From Methanoregula sp. (GTDB lineage Archaea > Halobacteriota > Methanomicrobia > Methanomicrobiales > Methanospirillaceae): a stretch of 58,188 nucleotides of DNA. The notes under the pieces are model-generated. The model saw only the letters and a list, made by a program, of their open reading frames with translations. It had not been told where the DNA came from and made no database searches. The position numbers and the translations under genes are program-made. Below, in pieces: positions 49,368-58,188 of this stretch. Every line of letters starts with the position of its first letter. Position 1 is the stretch's first letter. The DNA is taken from positions 1-58,188 of the forward strand of contig JBDKTL010000046.1 of the NCBI GenBank assembly GCA_039698055.1. The letters are read 5' to 3'.

Positions 49368-49894
49368 CCTTCCTCCGTATGTTTTCCTGCTTTTGAGGGG
49401 ATGATGTGGATTTTTGCATGCGAAAATTCATTTTTTAATTCTGCACCGGAGAAGAGGTGGTCGAGGAAGAGTGCAAGACTTGAAATTTCAGAATGGGGCT
49501 GACTGGTGACAGCGACGTTATAATCTGCAAGACCGTACATTTCGCCCGGTACCTTCTCTGCTCCAACCACAACAAGAAGTTTATTTTCAGACCGTATTTC
49601 GGGAATTGCATCCGGGAGGTTTATGCCATACATCGTAAGGTGGACAACTTTTCCGCCGTTCTCTTTCCAGTCACGGATACAGGTCCGCCATTTGACGTTA
49701 TCCTCGCAGAAAAATGTCCCGCCCCAGCGCTCCGCAACATCGCCAACACTCTCGACAACACCTTTGTCCGACGCTGCAAGATACATGCCCCGGGCTCCCA
49801 GCGCCCGGCCGGTCAGTGCGACATGGGTCGTTACCCGCTGGTCACGTTCAGGACGGTGGCCGATCCGCAGAATCACAACTTCTTTTTCCGGCAT
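49364..49894 (-). CDS. tRNA (cytidine(56)-2'-O)-methyltransferase aTrm56
   Basis: [34 protein letters not shown]. Confidence 0.96.
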   Translation of the reverse strand: MPEKEVVILRIGHRPERDQRVTTHVALTGRALGARGMYLAASDKGVVESVGDVAERWGGTFFCEDNVKWRTCIRDWKENGGKVVHLTMYGINLPDAIPEIRSENKLLVVVGAEKVPGEMYGLADYNVAVTSQPHSEISSLALFLDHLFSGAELKNEFSHAKIHIIPSKAGKHTEEG

Positions 49895-49895
49895 G

Positions 49896-50168
49896 TTACG
49901 GTTTCCTTGCCTTTATTACCCCGTTCTCAATAATAAACGGGAGATCGGCTGAATATTTCATCTGGCACCTGATGAGTGCTTCCCCTATGTTCAATGCCCG
50001 TATTTTATCTTCGGAACACTCGATCAGCAGGTTTTTTTCCAGCCGGGCGATCGATGCGGAAACAGTGGGCATGTCAAAACCGCTTTCTGTACAGAGTTCC
50101 TCTCTGTCAGTTACTGGTTTCTGGACGATAAGGTGATAGATGATCCAGTCGGCATCCTCTTCTTTCAC
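49896..50168 (-). CDS. Small winged-helix (MarR-like) protein
   Basis: IY..I......REEL...SG....V..SI.RLE...LI pattern; first gene of the trm56-tfe run. Confidence 0.65.
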   Translation of the reverse strand: MKEEDADWIIYHLIVQKPVTDREELCTESGFDMPTVSASIARLEKNLLIECSEDKIRALNIGEALIRCQMKYSADLPFIIENGVIKARKP

Positions 50169-50267
50169 CTTAATTCATTCCGCTCCCATCGGATTATAGT
50201 TTTTTATTCATGAGATTAAAAGCGGTGTCCGGTGCATCAGTTTTTCTCTGTTAAATGTCGTACTACT

Positions 50268-50684
50268 ATGATAATGGCCCCTGCCCCATCATCCCTTCCC
50301 TTTCACGAACTGGTGACAATCGCGGACTGTCTTCTCGAAGAATGCGGTGAAGATGAAGACGCGCTTGTGCGGAGATTACAGACACTTGACCCGGATATCG
50401 TGAACGAACTGATCGTTTCCGATCTTTTGAATGCATGGCAGGTTTTCTACTTTTTCTTCAGGACTGTTCCTGAGGAGATTATCCGGGAGCGCCTCGATCT
50501 AGAGCCTGCATCTGCACTTGTATCCGGAATCCTTGTCGATGAGATTGATCTTCTGGAACTCAGGTTCGCAATAAAAAATAACCAGCCCTATATGTATGTC
50601 AGCGATGGCGATACTGTGCTTGCCACATTTTCCGGGAACACCGCTTACCAGGATGCACGTGCCTATATCGAATCAACGCTATAG
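50268..50684 (+). CDS. Hypothetical acidic protein
   Basis: ORF of about 138 aa filling the gap; start uncertain. Confidence 0.65.
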   Translation: MIMAPAPSSLPFHELVTIADCLLEECGEDEDALVRRLQTLDPDIVNELIVSDLLNAWQVFYFFFRTVPEEIIRERLDLEPASALVSGILVDEIDLLELRFAIKNNQPYMYVSDGDTVLATFSGNTAYQDARAYIESTL

Positions 50685-51392
50685 CCGGTCACCTGCGCTT
50701 ATTAAGTGTTCATCAACCACGGCAGGAACAATCGGGGGCAGGTTACCCCATGTAATCATGGTATCGCCAAGAATTGCGAGCACTCCCGTGACTCCTGTAT
50801 CCGGCAACCGGTCAAGGATGGACTTGTCATCTGCCCGTATCTGGTTACAGATTGCCGTTGCCCATGCGTCGGCAATAAAAGGATTTGTTCCAAACACGCT
50901 GACGGCATCTGCAACACCAAACGAGATGGATGGGCCGACAGTGGCTGATGAGGTGCAGATGCCAAGAATCGTATCATGAGGGGGAACGACAAATGCAATC
51001 TTATCAGACAGGGGAGCTGTACCAGCATGGATGCCGATCCGGACATTCCGGTTGCTGACGAGCGCGATGTCCCCGCCATTGTCGATCACCCCGAATTGTG
51101 CGCCGGCATCTACCATCGCGGCAACACCTTCGTTTGCAATAGCACCGGCAACGGCTGCCATGGGACCTGTGCCGGCATTTCGTGCAGCCGTTGCCATCCT
51201 GCAGATGACCGGGTCATCTGAAACCGGGGTATAGGGATCGAACGTATCGCGGAAAAAAGGATCCCGAAAGATGTATGCTTCGATGTGCTGGCGTGCCTCC
51301 ATCATCCCTTTTTTTGCAGCAGCGACATGTTCTGGTGCATCTGCAAGAATGGTGGCAAATGTTTCCCGGAAGATGAACGGTTCCCGGATCAT
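50679..51392 (-). CDS. UPF0280 / ApbE-like protein (COG2122, MA1715-like)
   Basis: GPMAAVAGAIA, DNGGDI, GICTSSATVGPSISFG.AD, ADA.AT...N. Confidence 0.92.
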   Translation of the reverse strand: MIREPFIFRETFATILADAPEHVAAAKKGMMEARQHIEAYIFRDPFFRDTFDPYTPVSDDPVICRMATAARNAGTGPMAAVAGAIANEGVAAMVDAGAQFGVIDNGGDIALVSNRNVRIGIHAGTAPLSDKIAFVVPPHDTILGICTSSATVGPSISFGVADAVSVFGTNPFIADAWATAICNQIRADDKSILDRLPDTGVTGVLAILGDTMITWGNLPPIVPAVVDEHLISAGDRL

Positions 51393-51775
51393 AACGGGAG
51401 CGTGAGCGCCTGATGGGGGCACGCATCGATGCATTTGCCGCAGAGCACGCACCGTTCTTCAGCCATCTTCAGTTTCCATTCCGAATCGAACGAGAATACT
51501 TCGCGCGGGCAGATACTGATGCAGGCCCCGCAATCGATACACTCACTCTCGTTCAAGTTAATCCCGTGTTCCAGAATGTGGACCTGTGCACCCAGGCGGG
51601 TCATCGTATCGCTCACCAGCTGGCACTGGTCATCCGGCACTTCGATAAGTGCTTCCCCTTCGGAAGAATCAATGACAGCACGTTCGACGTTGATAAGGAC
51701 ACCGGTGTCCCTGACGACCTGCGCGATGATTGGCCCCCGCCCCGTTCCTCGTGAAAAATTGACAAGAAGTTTCAT
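51389..51775 (-). CDS. NIL-domain + 2x[4Fe-4S] ferredoxin (MA1822-like)
   Basis: N-terminal NIL-like domain, CIDCGACISICP and CVLCGKCIDACP. Confidence 0.92.
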   Translation of the reverse strand: MKLLVNFSRGTGRGPIIAQVVRDTGVLINVERAVIDSSEGEALIEVPDDQCQLVSDTMTRLGAQVHILEHGINLNESECIDCGACISICPREVFSFDSEWKLKMAEERCVLCGKCIDACPHQALTLPL

Positions 51776-53280
51776 TTCAGCCACCTCCCGCCAAAGAGTT
51801 TGCCGAGATTGATTGCCGTAAGCATGGCAATTACATGCCGATCTGCATCCACGACCGGCAATGCACTGATATTATTCTGCTCCAGTTTCTGCACCGCAAT
51901 ATCAACTGCTTCATCGGGTGTTGTGGTAACCACTTTCTTTTTCATGATGTCCCGTACAAGTTTTGCTTTTCCGGGGTTTGCCACCGCTTTTGATATATCA
52001 AATGTTGTTACAATTCCCACAAGTTTTCCCCGGCTGTCAATTACCGGCAGGTGGTTGGTTTCACCTTTCAGGAGTTTTTTTGCCGCGGTCATTATCTCTT
52101 CAGACTCAGAGACACTGACAACCTGCCGGTCCATGATGTCCAGCACGCGCGGTCCTTTGGCGCTTTCATGCATCGGGTGCGCATTTTTTGCTGTATCGAT
52201 CTTTTGGGTCGGAAGAGCCAACTGCATGGTACCATTTTCCACCCATTTTTTGAGTTCCTGCGCGACGTTACGGGCCTGGCGGAAGCTTGAAAGTGAGGAT
52301 GTCCTGACCTCTTCCCCATTAATCTCGACAGAGCCGGATCGAAGTTCTGCGTAGGTAACCTTCCGCACAAGCGGCCGGCTCCGGCTGGGCACGCCATAAT
52401 CGATCAGGTCAACGGAAATATCCTCGTCACAGACAGCGGTTGCCCGCACGACATCAAGGTCAAGCACAGGGAGTGGAATGCCCAGACCTACGTAGAGGGT
52501 GACGCCATACCCAAACATCGTCGCAGCCCGGATATAGTCATGATTCATCTTTTTCATATCCCCGGTTACCATCAGGGTACCAAATCCTCCGGCAGGTGAA
52601 TGCTGGGTACCTTCACCGATGACCATGCCCGGAGCGCCGCATAAAAATATCGGGACGCCGCTGCCGATCAAACGGAAGTTGGGATCATTTGAGAGGGGAT
52701 TAAGGACACCGGCACCGGAAAACGTTACATTCCCGGCTCCGGGCAGGAGGGTCCCCATATAGGTGTGTAAAACCCGGTCAGTAGTATTGGTCGCCGCATT
52801 ATAGCGCTGGTATGCATTGCGCGGGTTGCACATGACGGCCTGGTTGAAGTTTTCAAGCAGGAGTTCGGTCGTGATGGTCCGGCGAGGGTAGCAGTCGGTT
52901 CCCCGAGATATTGCCCGGAGTTCGATGGATTTTCCCGCTACAAGATCCTCCAGGACATGTGCTCCTCCATACTGGTCTTCAAGCGTGTCCGACTGCTGTG
53001 TCGCGCCGATAAACGTATCAACTGCCGCAAGTCCGCCGTAGGCTTCCACATTGTTCAGCCAGATCCGCTCCATCCTGATCGGGGGTTCTGAATGCCCGAA
53101 ATTAAGGAAAGCTCCCGAAGAGCACATCGCACCAAATGTCCCGGTAGTGACAACATCGACTTCCTTGAGGGCTCCTTCTTCTCCGAGTTCGTCGACAATT
53201 CCGGGCATCTCTTCCGCAGTTACTACCCGCGCACTTCCCTCCCGGATACGCTTGTTGATCTGCTCGATGGACTTGTGCAT
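51772..53280 (-). CDS. Homocysteine biosynthesis enzyme, DUF39 + CBS pair (MA1821/MJ0100-like)
   Basis: VDVVTTGTFGAMCSSG, YGGAHV, GTDCYPR, NPRNAYQ, YGVTL.VG.G.P, C-terminal CBS pair. Confidence 0.92.
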   Translation of the reverse strand: MHKSIEQINKRIREGSARVVTAEEMPGIVDELGEEGALKEVDVVTTGTFGAMCSSGAFLNFGHSEPPIRMERIWLNNVEAYGGLAAVDTFIGATQQSDTLEDQYGGAHVLEDLVAGKSIELRAISRGTDCYPRRTITTELLLENFNQAVMCNPRNAYQRYNAATNTTDRVLHTYMGTLLPGAGNVTFSGAGVLNPLSNDPNFRLIGSGVPIFLCGAPGMVIGEGTQHSPAGGFGTLMVTGDMKKMNHDYIRAATMFGYGVTLYVGLGIPLPVLDLDVVRATAVCDEDISVDLIDYGVPSRSRPLVRKVTYAELRSGSVEINGEEVRTSSLSSFRQARNVAQELKKWVENGTMQLALPTQKIDTAKNAHPMHESAKGPRVLDIMDRQVVSVSESEEIMTAAKKLLKGETNHLPVIDSRGKLVGIVTTFDISKAVANPGKAKLVRDIMKKKVVTTTPDEAVDIAVQKLEQNNISALPVVDADRHVIAMLTAINLGKLFGGRWLK

Positions 53281-53371
53281 ATTACAAAATATCGTTTAAT
53301 GAATATTAAAATTATCTGCTATTACTAATAGTAATAAACGATTTTTATTTCTTGCCGTCATTACACCTACT

Positions 53372-54079
53372 ATGCACATAAGTTCCTTCACTGAAGAGAT
53401 GGAACGGCTGGCGCCACCCGGGCTTGCTGAAGAGTTTGATCTTGGGAAAATCGGTCTGGTCATTGAAGGGCGCCCGGAAATCAATACGATATGCTGTGCG
53501 CTTGATGCGACGCCGTTTGTTGTGCGGGAGGCTGTCCGTGCCGGCGCCGATATGCTCGTTGTCCATCATACACCGTTATGGACTCCGCTGACTGCCCTTA
53601 CCGGCAGGACTGCCGGCCTGGTGCGGACGGTGCTTGCTGCTGAAATGAACCTGTACGTTATGCATACAAATTTTGATCGCGCAAAGGGAGGGGTCAACGA
53701 TATCCTGAGTGGGATACTCTCTTTAGAAAATATTACCCCCATGAGTCTTGGCAATGTGGGAACCTGCACCTTATCCATAAAAGAAATATCCCGTCGCCTT
53801 TCCTGCAGGCTCCGCATCTGGGGCGGACTCAAAACCTGTGACCGGCTTGCGGTTGTTGCCGGCAGCGGTTTTGATCCAATCGTGCTTGAGGAAGCAAAAA
53901 CTCTGGGGGCAGATGCATTCCTGTCAGCAGAATTGAAACATTCTGTCATGCGGGCATCCCTGCTCCCGTGCATTGAGGCAACGCATTATGCGCTTGAAGC
54001 GCCGGCAATGGAGCATCTTGCGGCAAAAAGAAACTGGCAGTACATTGCCGATCCCCCGGAACTTGTTTATATCCCATGA
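53372..54079 (+). CDS. Nif3-like dinuclear metal-centre protein
   Basis: LD.T, VHHTP, HTNFD...GGVND, E.KH, HY.LE. Confidence 0.9.
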   Translation: MHISSFTEEMERLAPPGLAEEFDLGKIGLVIEGRPEINTICCALDATPFVVREAVRAGADMLVVHHTPLWTPLTALTGRTAGLVRTVLAAEMNLYVMHTNFDRAKGGVNDILSGILSLENITPMSLGNVGTCTLSIKEISRRLSCRLRIWGGLKTCDRLAVVAGSGFDPIVLEEAKTLGADAFLSAELKHSVMRASLLPCIEATHYALEAPAMEHLAAKRNWQYIADPPELVYIP

Positions 54080-54393
54080 CTGACCTCTGGCAGCATCTGG
54101 CAGAAAAAAAGGCGCTGGATGAAACGCTCCGCGAAGAGATTATCGGGACCTGTGGGGCACGGGGAACAAAAGCGCTGGCGGCAATTGACGGGCACCGGGT
54201 AAAAAAATACCTGGATTTTTTTGTGGTATCAGGTGCGACTTCCGACTATATCGTCGATGAGCAGTTCTGCACCTGCAATGATTTTGTGTTCCGGAATCAC
54301 GAGTGCTGGCACCTGGTTGCCGTACGGATTGCGCTTGCGACCGGTTTATTTGACAGAATCGATGCATGGTACCAGGAAAAGTGGAAAAAATAA
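54076..54393 (+). CDS. SWIM zinc-finger protein
   Basis: FCTCNDF......CWHL.A. Confidence 0.85.
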   Translation: MTDLWQHLAEKKALDETLREEIIGTCGARGTKALAAIDGHRVKKYLDFFVVSGATSDYIVDEQFCTCNDFVFRNHECWHLVAVRIALATGLFDRIDAWYQEKWKK

Positions 54394-54454
54394 GGTCAGA
54401 ACAATATACTAATTATCCTTTATCATCAACAGTACAGGAATTACGTGGTTTGAC

Positions 54455-57196
54455 ATGCTTGAGGAAGAATACCAGTTGGATTATTTTAAAAAACAGGGGT
54501 TGACACGAAAGATTTGCAAATCCTGCGGCGCTGCGTTCTGGACGCGCGACAGCGCCCGTGAATTTTGTGGCGACGCTTCCTGCGAACCCTATACTTTTAT
54601 CGGGAATCCGGTCTTTACGTGCCATACTCTTGACGAAATGCGCGAACAATATCTGTCATTTTTTGAAAAAAACGGGCATACGCGTATCGAGCGTTATCCG
54701 GTCGTTGCACGATGGCGTGACGATATTTATCTCACCATTGCATCCATAGCGGATTTCCAGCCGTTTGTGACCGGTGGTATTGTACCGCCACCGGCAAACC
54801 CGCTGACTATTTCCCAACCCTGTATCCGGTTAAACGATCTGGACTCCGTTGGGCGATCCGGCCGTCACCTGACCACGTTTGAGATGATGGCGCACCATGC
54901 GTTCAATTCCCCCAATGAAGAAATCTACTGGAAAGACCGCACCGTCGAGCTCTGCGACCAGTTCCTTGTAAGTATCGGGGGAGATCTCAATCTTGTCACC
55001 TACAAGGAGCACCCGTGGATCGGAGGAGGCAACGCCGGCCCGAGCCTTGAGATCATGATCGGCGGACTTGAAGTCGCAACGCTGGTTTTCATGAGCCTTG
55101 GCCGGCAGAAAACCGATCATCCCGGCTATGAACTCAACGGTGAGATGTATTACCCGATGAAGCTCCGCATTGTCGATACCGGTTACGGGCTTGAACGACT
55201 GGTCTGGGCGTCAAAAGGTTCTCCCACCATCTACGATGCGGTTTTCCCGGAGATGGTCAGTACGGTGATGAGCTCGGCCGGGCTCTCCCACATGCTTGAC
55301 AACAAGGAATATGCAAAAATCCTTGCGTTGAGTGCGAAATTTGCCGGTGTAATGGATATCTCCGGGACAAACCTGTTCAACCTGCGGAAAAAAGTTGCTG
55401 CTGCTATCGAGATCTCCCCGGAAAAACTGGACCGTATGATCACCCCCATCGAGAAAGTGTACGCAATTGTCGACCACACGCGCTGCCTTGCCTACATGCT
55501 CGGGGACTGTATCGTCCCGTCAAACGTGCGGGAAGGATATCTCGCGCGGCTGGTCATACGGCGGACCCTGCGGTTGATGAACGACCTGAAGATGAAGGAC
55601 TCTCTTGCTGATCTCATTGAAGCGCAGATGAAGATTGTCGGCATGAAAAAATTCGAGCAGGATATATCCGTTGTCCGGGAGATTGTCGACCGTGAAGTTG
55701 AGAAATATGCGGCGACCCTTGAACGCGGCACACGGATTGTCCAGAAGATCGCAAAATCCTACAAGGCAAAAAGCCAGCGGGTGCCGCTGTCCGAGATTAT
55801 CACCCTGTACGACTCCCATGGCCTTCCCCCGGAACTTATCAAGGAGATCGCTGCAAAGGAAGGCGCGGTCATCGATCTTCCCGACAACTTCTATTCCCAG
55901 ATTGCCGACATGCATTCTGAATCAAAGAAGGAAATCGTTGAATCGCCAACAGCAAAATATGTCGAGCGTGTGCAGGGCCTCCCCCCGACGAAAAAACTTT
56001 ACTATGACCAGCCATCCGACACAGAGTTCGATGCGGTCGTTCTAGATTTCTTTGACGGGTATGCGGTGCTCGACCAGACGCTGTTTTACCCGGAAGGTGG
56101 CGGACAGCCTGCGGATACCGGATCGCTTGTCAGCCAGGAGAGCATGGTCCGGGTTGACGACGTGATAAAATCCGGGGACGTGATCCTTCATCATGTGAGC
56201 GGCGGTTTGCTGCGTCGCGGCGAGCGGATTAAAGGGATGGTCGATGAAGAGCGGCGCTGGTCGCTCATGCGCCATCACACGGCAACCCATATCCTGCTCC
56301 ATGCTGCAAAAGAAGTGCTGGGCGCCCATATCCACCAGTCCGGGGCCCAGAAAGGAAGCGAGAGTTCACGGCTGGATATCCGGCATTTCAAACATATCAC
56401 GGCAGAAGAACTGCGCAGGATTGAAACTGCGGCAAACCGGATGATCATGGCCAGCCTCCCGGTCGATATCTCGCATGAGAACCGGACTAAGGCCGAGCAG
56501 CTGTACGGGTTTTCACTGTACCAGGGAGGTGTCCCCCCCGGAAAAGATATCCGCATCGTTAAAGTTGCCGGGGATATTGAAGCCTGTGCCGGAACCCACT
56601 GCCGGAACACCGGAGAGGTCGGTGTTATAAAAATCATCCGTGTGGAACATATCCAGGACGGTATCGAGCGCATCGAATTTGGTGCCGGTGTTGCGGCATT
56701 ATACTACATGCAGCACATCGAACAGATAGCGACAGCATCAGCGGACACCCTGTCAGTGCAGGTAGAAAATCTTCCCTCGACCGTGACCCGGTTCTTCAAT
56801 GAATGGAAGGACCAGAAAAAAGAGATTGAACGCATGAGTGCAAAACTGGTCGATCTCGAGATGCAGACACTGAGCACCGAAACCATCGGGGGTATTCCGG
56901 TTATCGTAAAACATATCGACCTCCCCGCAAAAGAGCTTTCAATCCTTGCCACATCGGTTTCCGAAAAAGGTGGGGTTGCACTCCTGATTGCATCCGGGGA
57001 GACCGCACGGGTTGTACTGGCTTCAGGAGACCCGCGGGTGAATGCCGGTGAGATCATCGGGCAGGTCTGCACCCTGCTTGGTGGAAAAGGCGGTGGAAAA
57101 CCATCCATGGCACAGGGCGGCGGTCCCGAGATAAATAAACTGGACCTTGCCCTGAATGTCGGACGGGAACGTATTATTGCAGATCTCCATGACTGA
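54455..57196 (+). CDS. alaS: Alanine--tRNA ligase (archaeal type)
   Basis: N-terminal CxxC, RWRDDIYLTIASI, DTGYGLER, editing HHTATH and CAGTH, C-terminal GGKGGG. Confidence 0.98.
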   Translation: MLEEEYQLDYFKKQGLTRKICKSCGAAFWTRDSAREFCGDASCEPYTFIGNPVFTCHTLDEMREQYLSFFEKNGHTRIERYPVVARWRDDIYLTIASIADFQPFVTGGIVPPPANPLTISQPCIRLNDLDSVGRSGRHLTTFEMMAHHAFNSPNEEIYWKDRTVELCDQFLVSIGGDLNLVTYKEHPWIGGGNAGPSLEIMIGGLEVATLVFMSLGRQKTDHPGYELNGEMYYPMKLRIVDTGYGLERLVWASKGSPTIYDAVFPEMVSTVMSSAGLSHMLDNKEYAKILALSAKFAGVMDISGTNLFNLRKKVAAAIEISPEKLDRMITPIEKVYAIVDHTRCLAYMLGDCIVPSNVREGYLARLVIRRTLRLMNDLKMKDSLADLIEAQMKIVGMKKFEQDISVVREIVDREVEKYAATLERGTRIVQKIAKSYKAKSQRVPLSEIITLYDSHGLPPELIKEIAAKEGAVIDLPDNFYSQIADMHSESKKEIVESPTAKYVERVQGLPPTKKLYYDQPSDTEFDAVVLDFFDGYAVLDQTLFYPEGGGQPADTGSLVSQESMVRVDDVIKSGDVILHHVSGGLLRRGERIKGMVDEERRWSLMRHHTATHILLHAAKEVLGAHIHQSGAQKGSESSRLDIRHFKHITAEELRRIETAANRMIMASLPVDISHENRTKAEQLYGFSLYQGGVPPGKDIRIVKVAGDIEACAGTHCRNTGEVGVIKIIRVEHIQDGIERIEFGAGVAALYYMQHIEQIATASADTLSVQVENLPSTVTRFFNEWKDQKKEIERMSAKLVDLEMQTLSTETIGGIPVIVKHIDLPAKELSILATSVSEKGGVALLIASGETARVVLASGDPRVNAGEIIGQVCTLLGGKGGGKPSMAQGGGPEINKLDLALNVGRERIIADLHD

Positions 57197-57779
57197 ACCT
57201 GTACTTGTTCTGGAACCTGGCGATGAGCGCGCCCAGAAGATCGCAAAAGCGATGTCAAGCCAAACGGCAAGTGACATCCTTACGCTTCTGGGAGATGGTG
57301 CTAAGAGCCTGACCGATATTACCGAACGGCTGGGAATCCCCTTAACGACCTCCAAATATCATATCGAGAACCTGCTCGATGCCGGCCTGGTCTTTGTAAT
57401 CGAGACAAAATACAGTGTCAAAGGCCGGGAAATCAAACTCTATTCCCTCAGCAACCAACTGGTCATCGTTGCCCCCCGGCATGCGAACGTCCGTTCTCTT
57501 CTGCTGAAATATACTTCATTGTTTGGTGTTGTGATTGTCGGTACGCTGGGACTTACGTTCATCCTGCCGTTACTTACCCCGCCCGTCAGACTGGCGGAGG
57601 CGCCCGCGGTATCAGACTTGGGAACCGGCGGGATAATGGCGGCAAAAGCAAGTTTTGATGCTCCTGTTCCTTCGCCGATGTCTGCGGATCCGGTACTGGC
57701 ATTTTTCCTTGGCGCAGTTTTTGTAATGGCGATTCTTATCCTGTATGAAGCATATCTCTGGAAAACAAAAAAACTATAA
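57189..57779 (+). CDS. ArsR-like HTH regulator with two C-terminal TM helices
   Basis: KAMSS.TA..IL..L.....SLT.I...L..P.TT..YH..NL...GL, YS.KGRE.K.Y; hydrophobic segments. Confidence 0.8.
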   Translation: MTEPVLVLEPGDERAQKIAKAMSSQTASDILTLLGDGAKSLTDITERLGIPLTTSKYHIENLLDAGLVFVIETKYSVKGREIKLYSLSNQLVIVAPRHANVRSLLLKYTSLFGVVIVGTLGLTFILPLLTPPVRLAEAPAVSDLGTGGIMAAKASFDAPVPSPMSADPVLAFFLGAVFVMAILILYEAYLWKTKKL

Positions 57780-58016
57780 TTCTTTTTTCTCCCAGACTCA
57801 ATATCGGTGACGCCAATATCATTTAACCCTGTTAATCCGGCCCGACTGCATTTGGTTCATGTAAAACATCTCCATACCTTCAAACGGTGGAGTGTTTTAG
57901 CAAAAAGCGGTTACATATTTTTTTGTGGAGTTCAGGATGATTAATCCTTTAAAAATAAAAATAGCAGACCCCACAATCTGACGTATTTTCCTCTCACTAA
58001 AAAAAATTCATTCTAT

Positions 58017-58187
58017 TTACTTTCGCTGCCTCATTTTCGCTGAACAGATCAGTGCACACATGCCCAGTGCCCCAAGAACTGCACTAATGGACAGGGGAGA
58101 TTGTGTTGGTGCCGTTGTCGGGGTGGAAATGGGTGTGAGCGTCTTTATTGTTGTCTTTGGCATCGTTGTTGTCGGGATGGTGGTGAA
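58017..58187 (-). CDS. 3' end of a Pro/Thr-rich surface protein with a C-terminal anchor, partial
   Basis: FTTIPTTTMPKTTIKTLTPISTPTTAPTQSPLSISAVLGALGMCALICSAKMRQRK*. Confidence 0.75.
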   Translation of the reverse strand, partial: FTTIPTTTMPKTTIKTLTPISTPTTAPTQSPLSISAVLGALGMCALICSAKMRQRK

Positions 58188-58188
58188 T

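Overview
Chromosomal segment of a methanogenic archaeon. Gene content (methanogenesis marker 14, Tes, CarS, TFE, Trm56, archaeal AlaRS, MA1821/MA1822-like genes) points to Methanomicrobiales, probably Methanoregula-like (inference). Most of it is housekeeping: Arg/pyrimidine/purine synthesis (carAB, argG, argF, purD, pyrE, pyrC, pyrH), nth, dnaG, alaS, three tRNAs (Ala-GGC, Pro-TGG, Leu-GAG), two tandem DUF47-PiT phosphate modules, transporters, a two-component pair, methanoredoxin/ferredoxin:disulfide reductase, a carS/tes lipid pair and a sulfide-assimilation cluster. The most unusual feature is a six-gene Ehr/Hyf-like membrane complex (15964-23118). Its large subunit lacks the NiFe ligands, as is known for Ehr. 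In addition, all four canonical [4Fe-4S] cysteines of the NuoB-like small subunit are replaced (C>D, C>A, C>D, C>N) and no NuoI/HyfH subunit is present, while the antiporter-like subunits look intact. The locus lies divergent to a beta-carbonic anhydrase, so it is a candidate redox-cofactor-free complex-I relative. Also noted: probable ATA initiation codons behind good SD motifs in at least three genes, a 52-aa zinc-ribbon ORF missing from the ORF track, a tRNA-Pro ending 2 nt before the nth start, a GC-rich hairpin cluster beside a low-GC orphan PIN gene, and a cupredoxin-like lipoprotein lacking copper ligands. No CRISPR array, rRNA or transposase was seen. All calls come from motif recognition by eye; no database searches were run.
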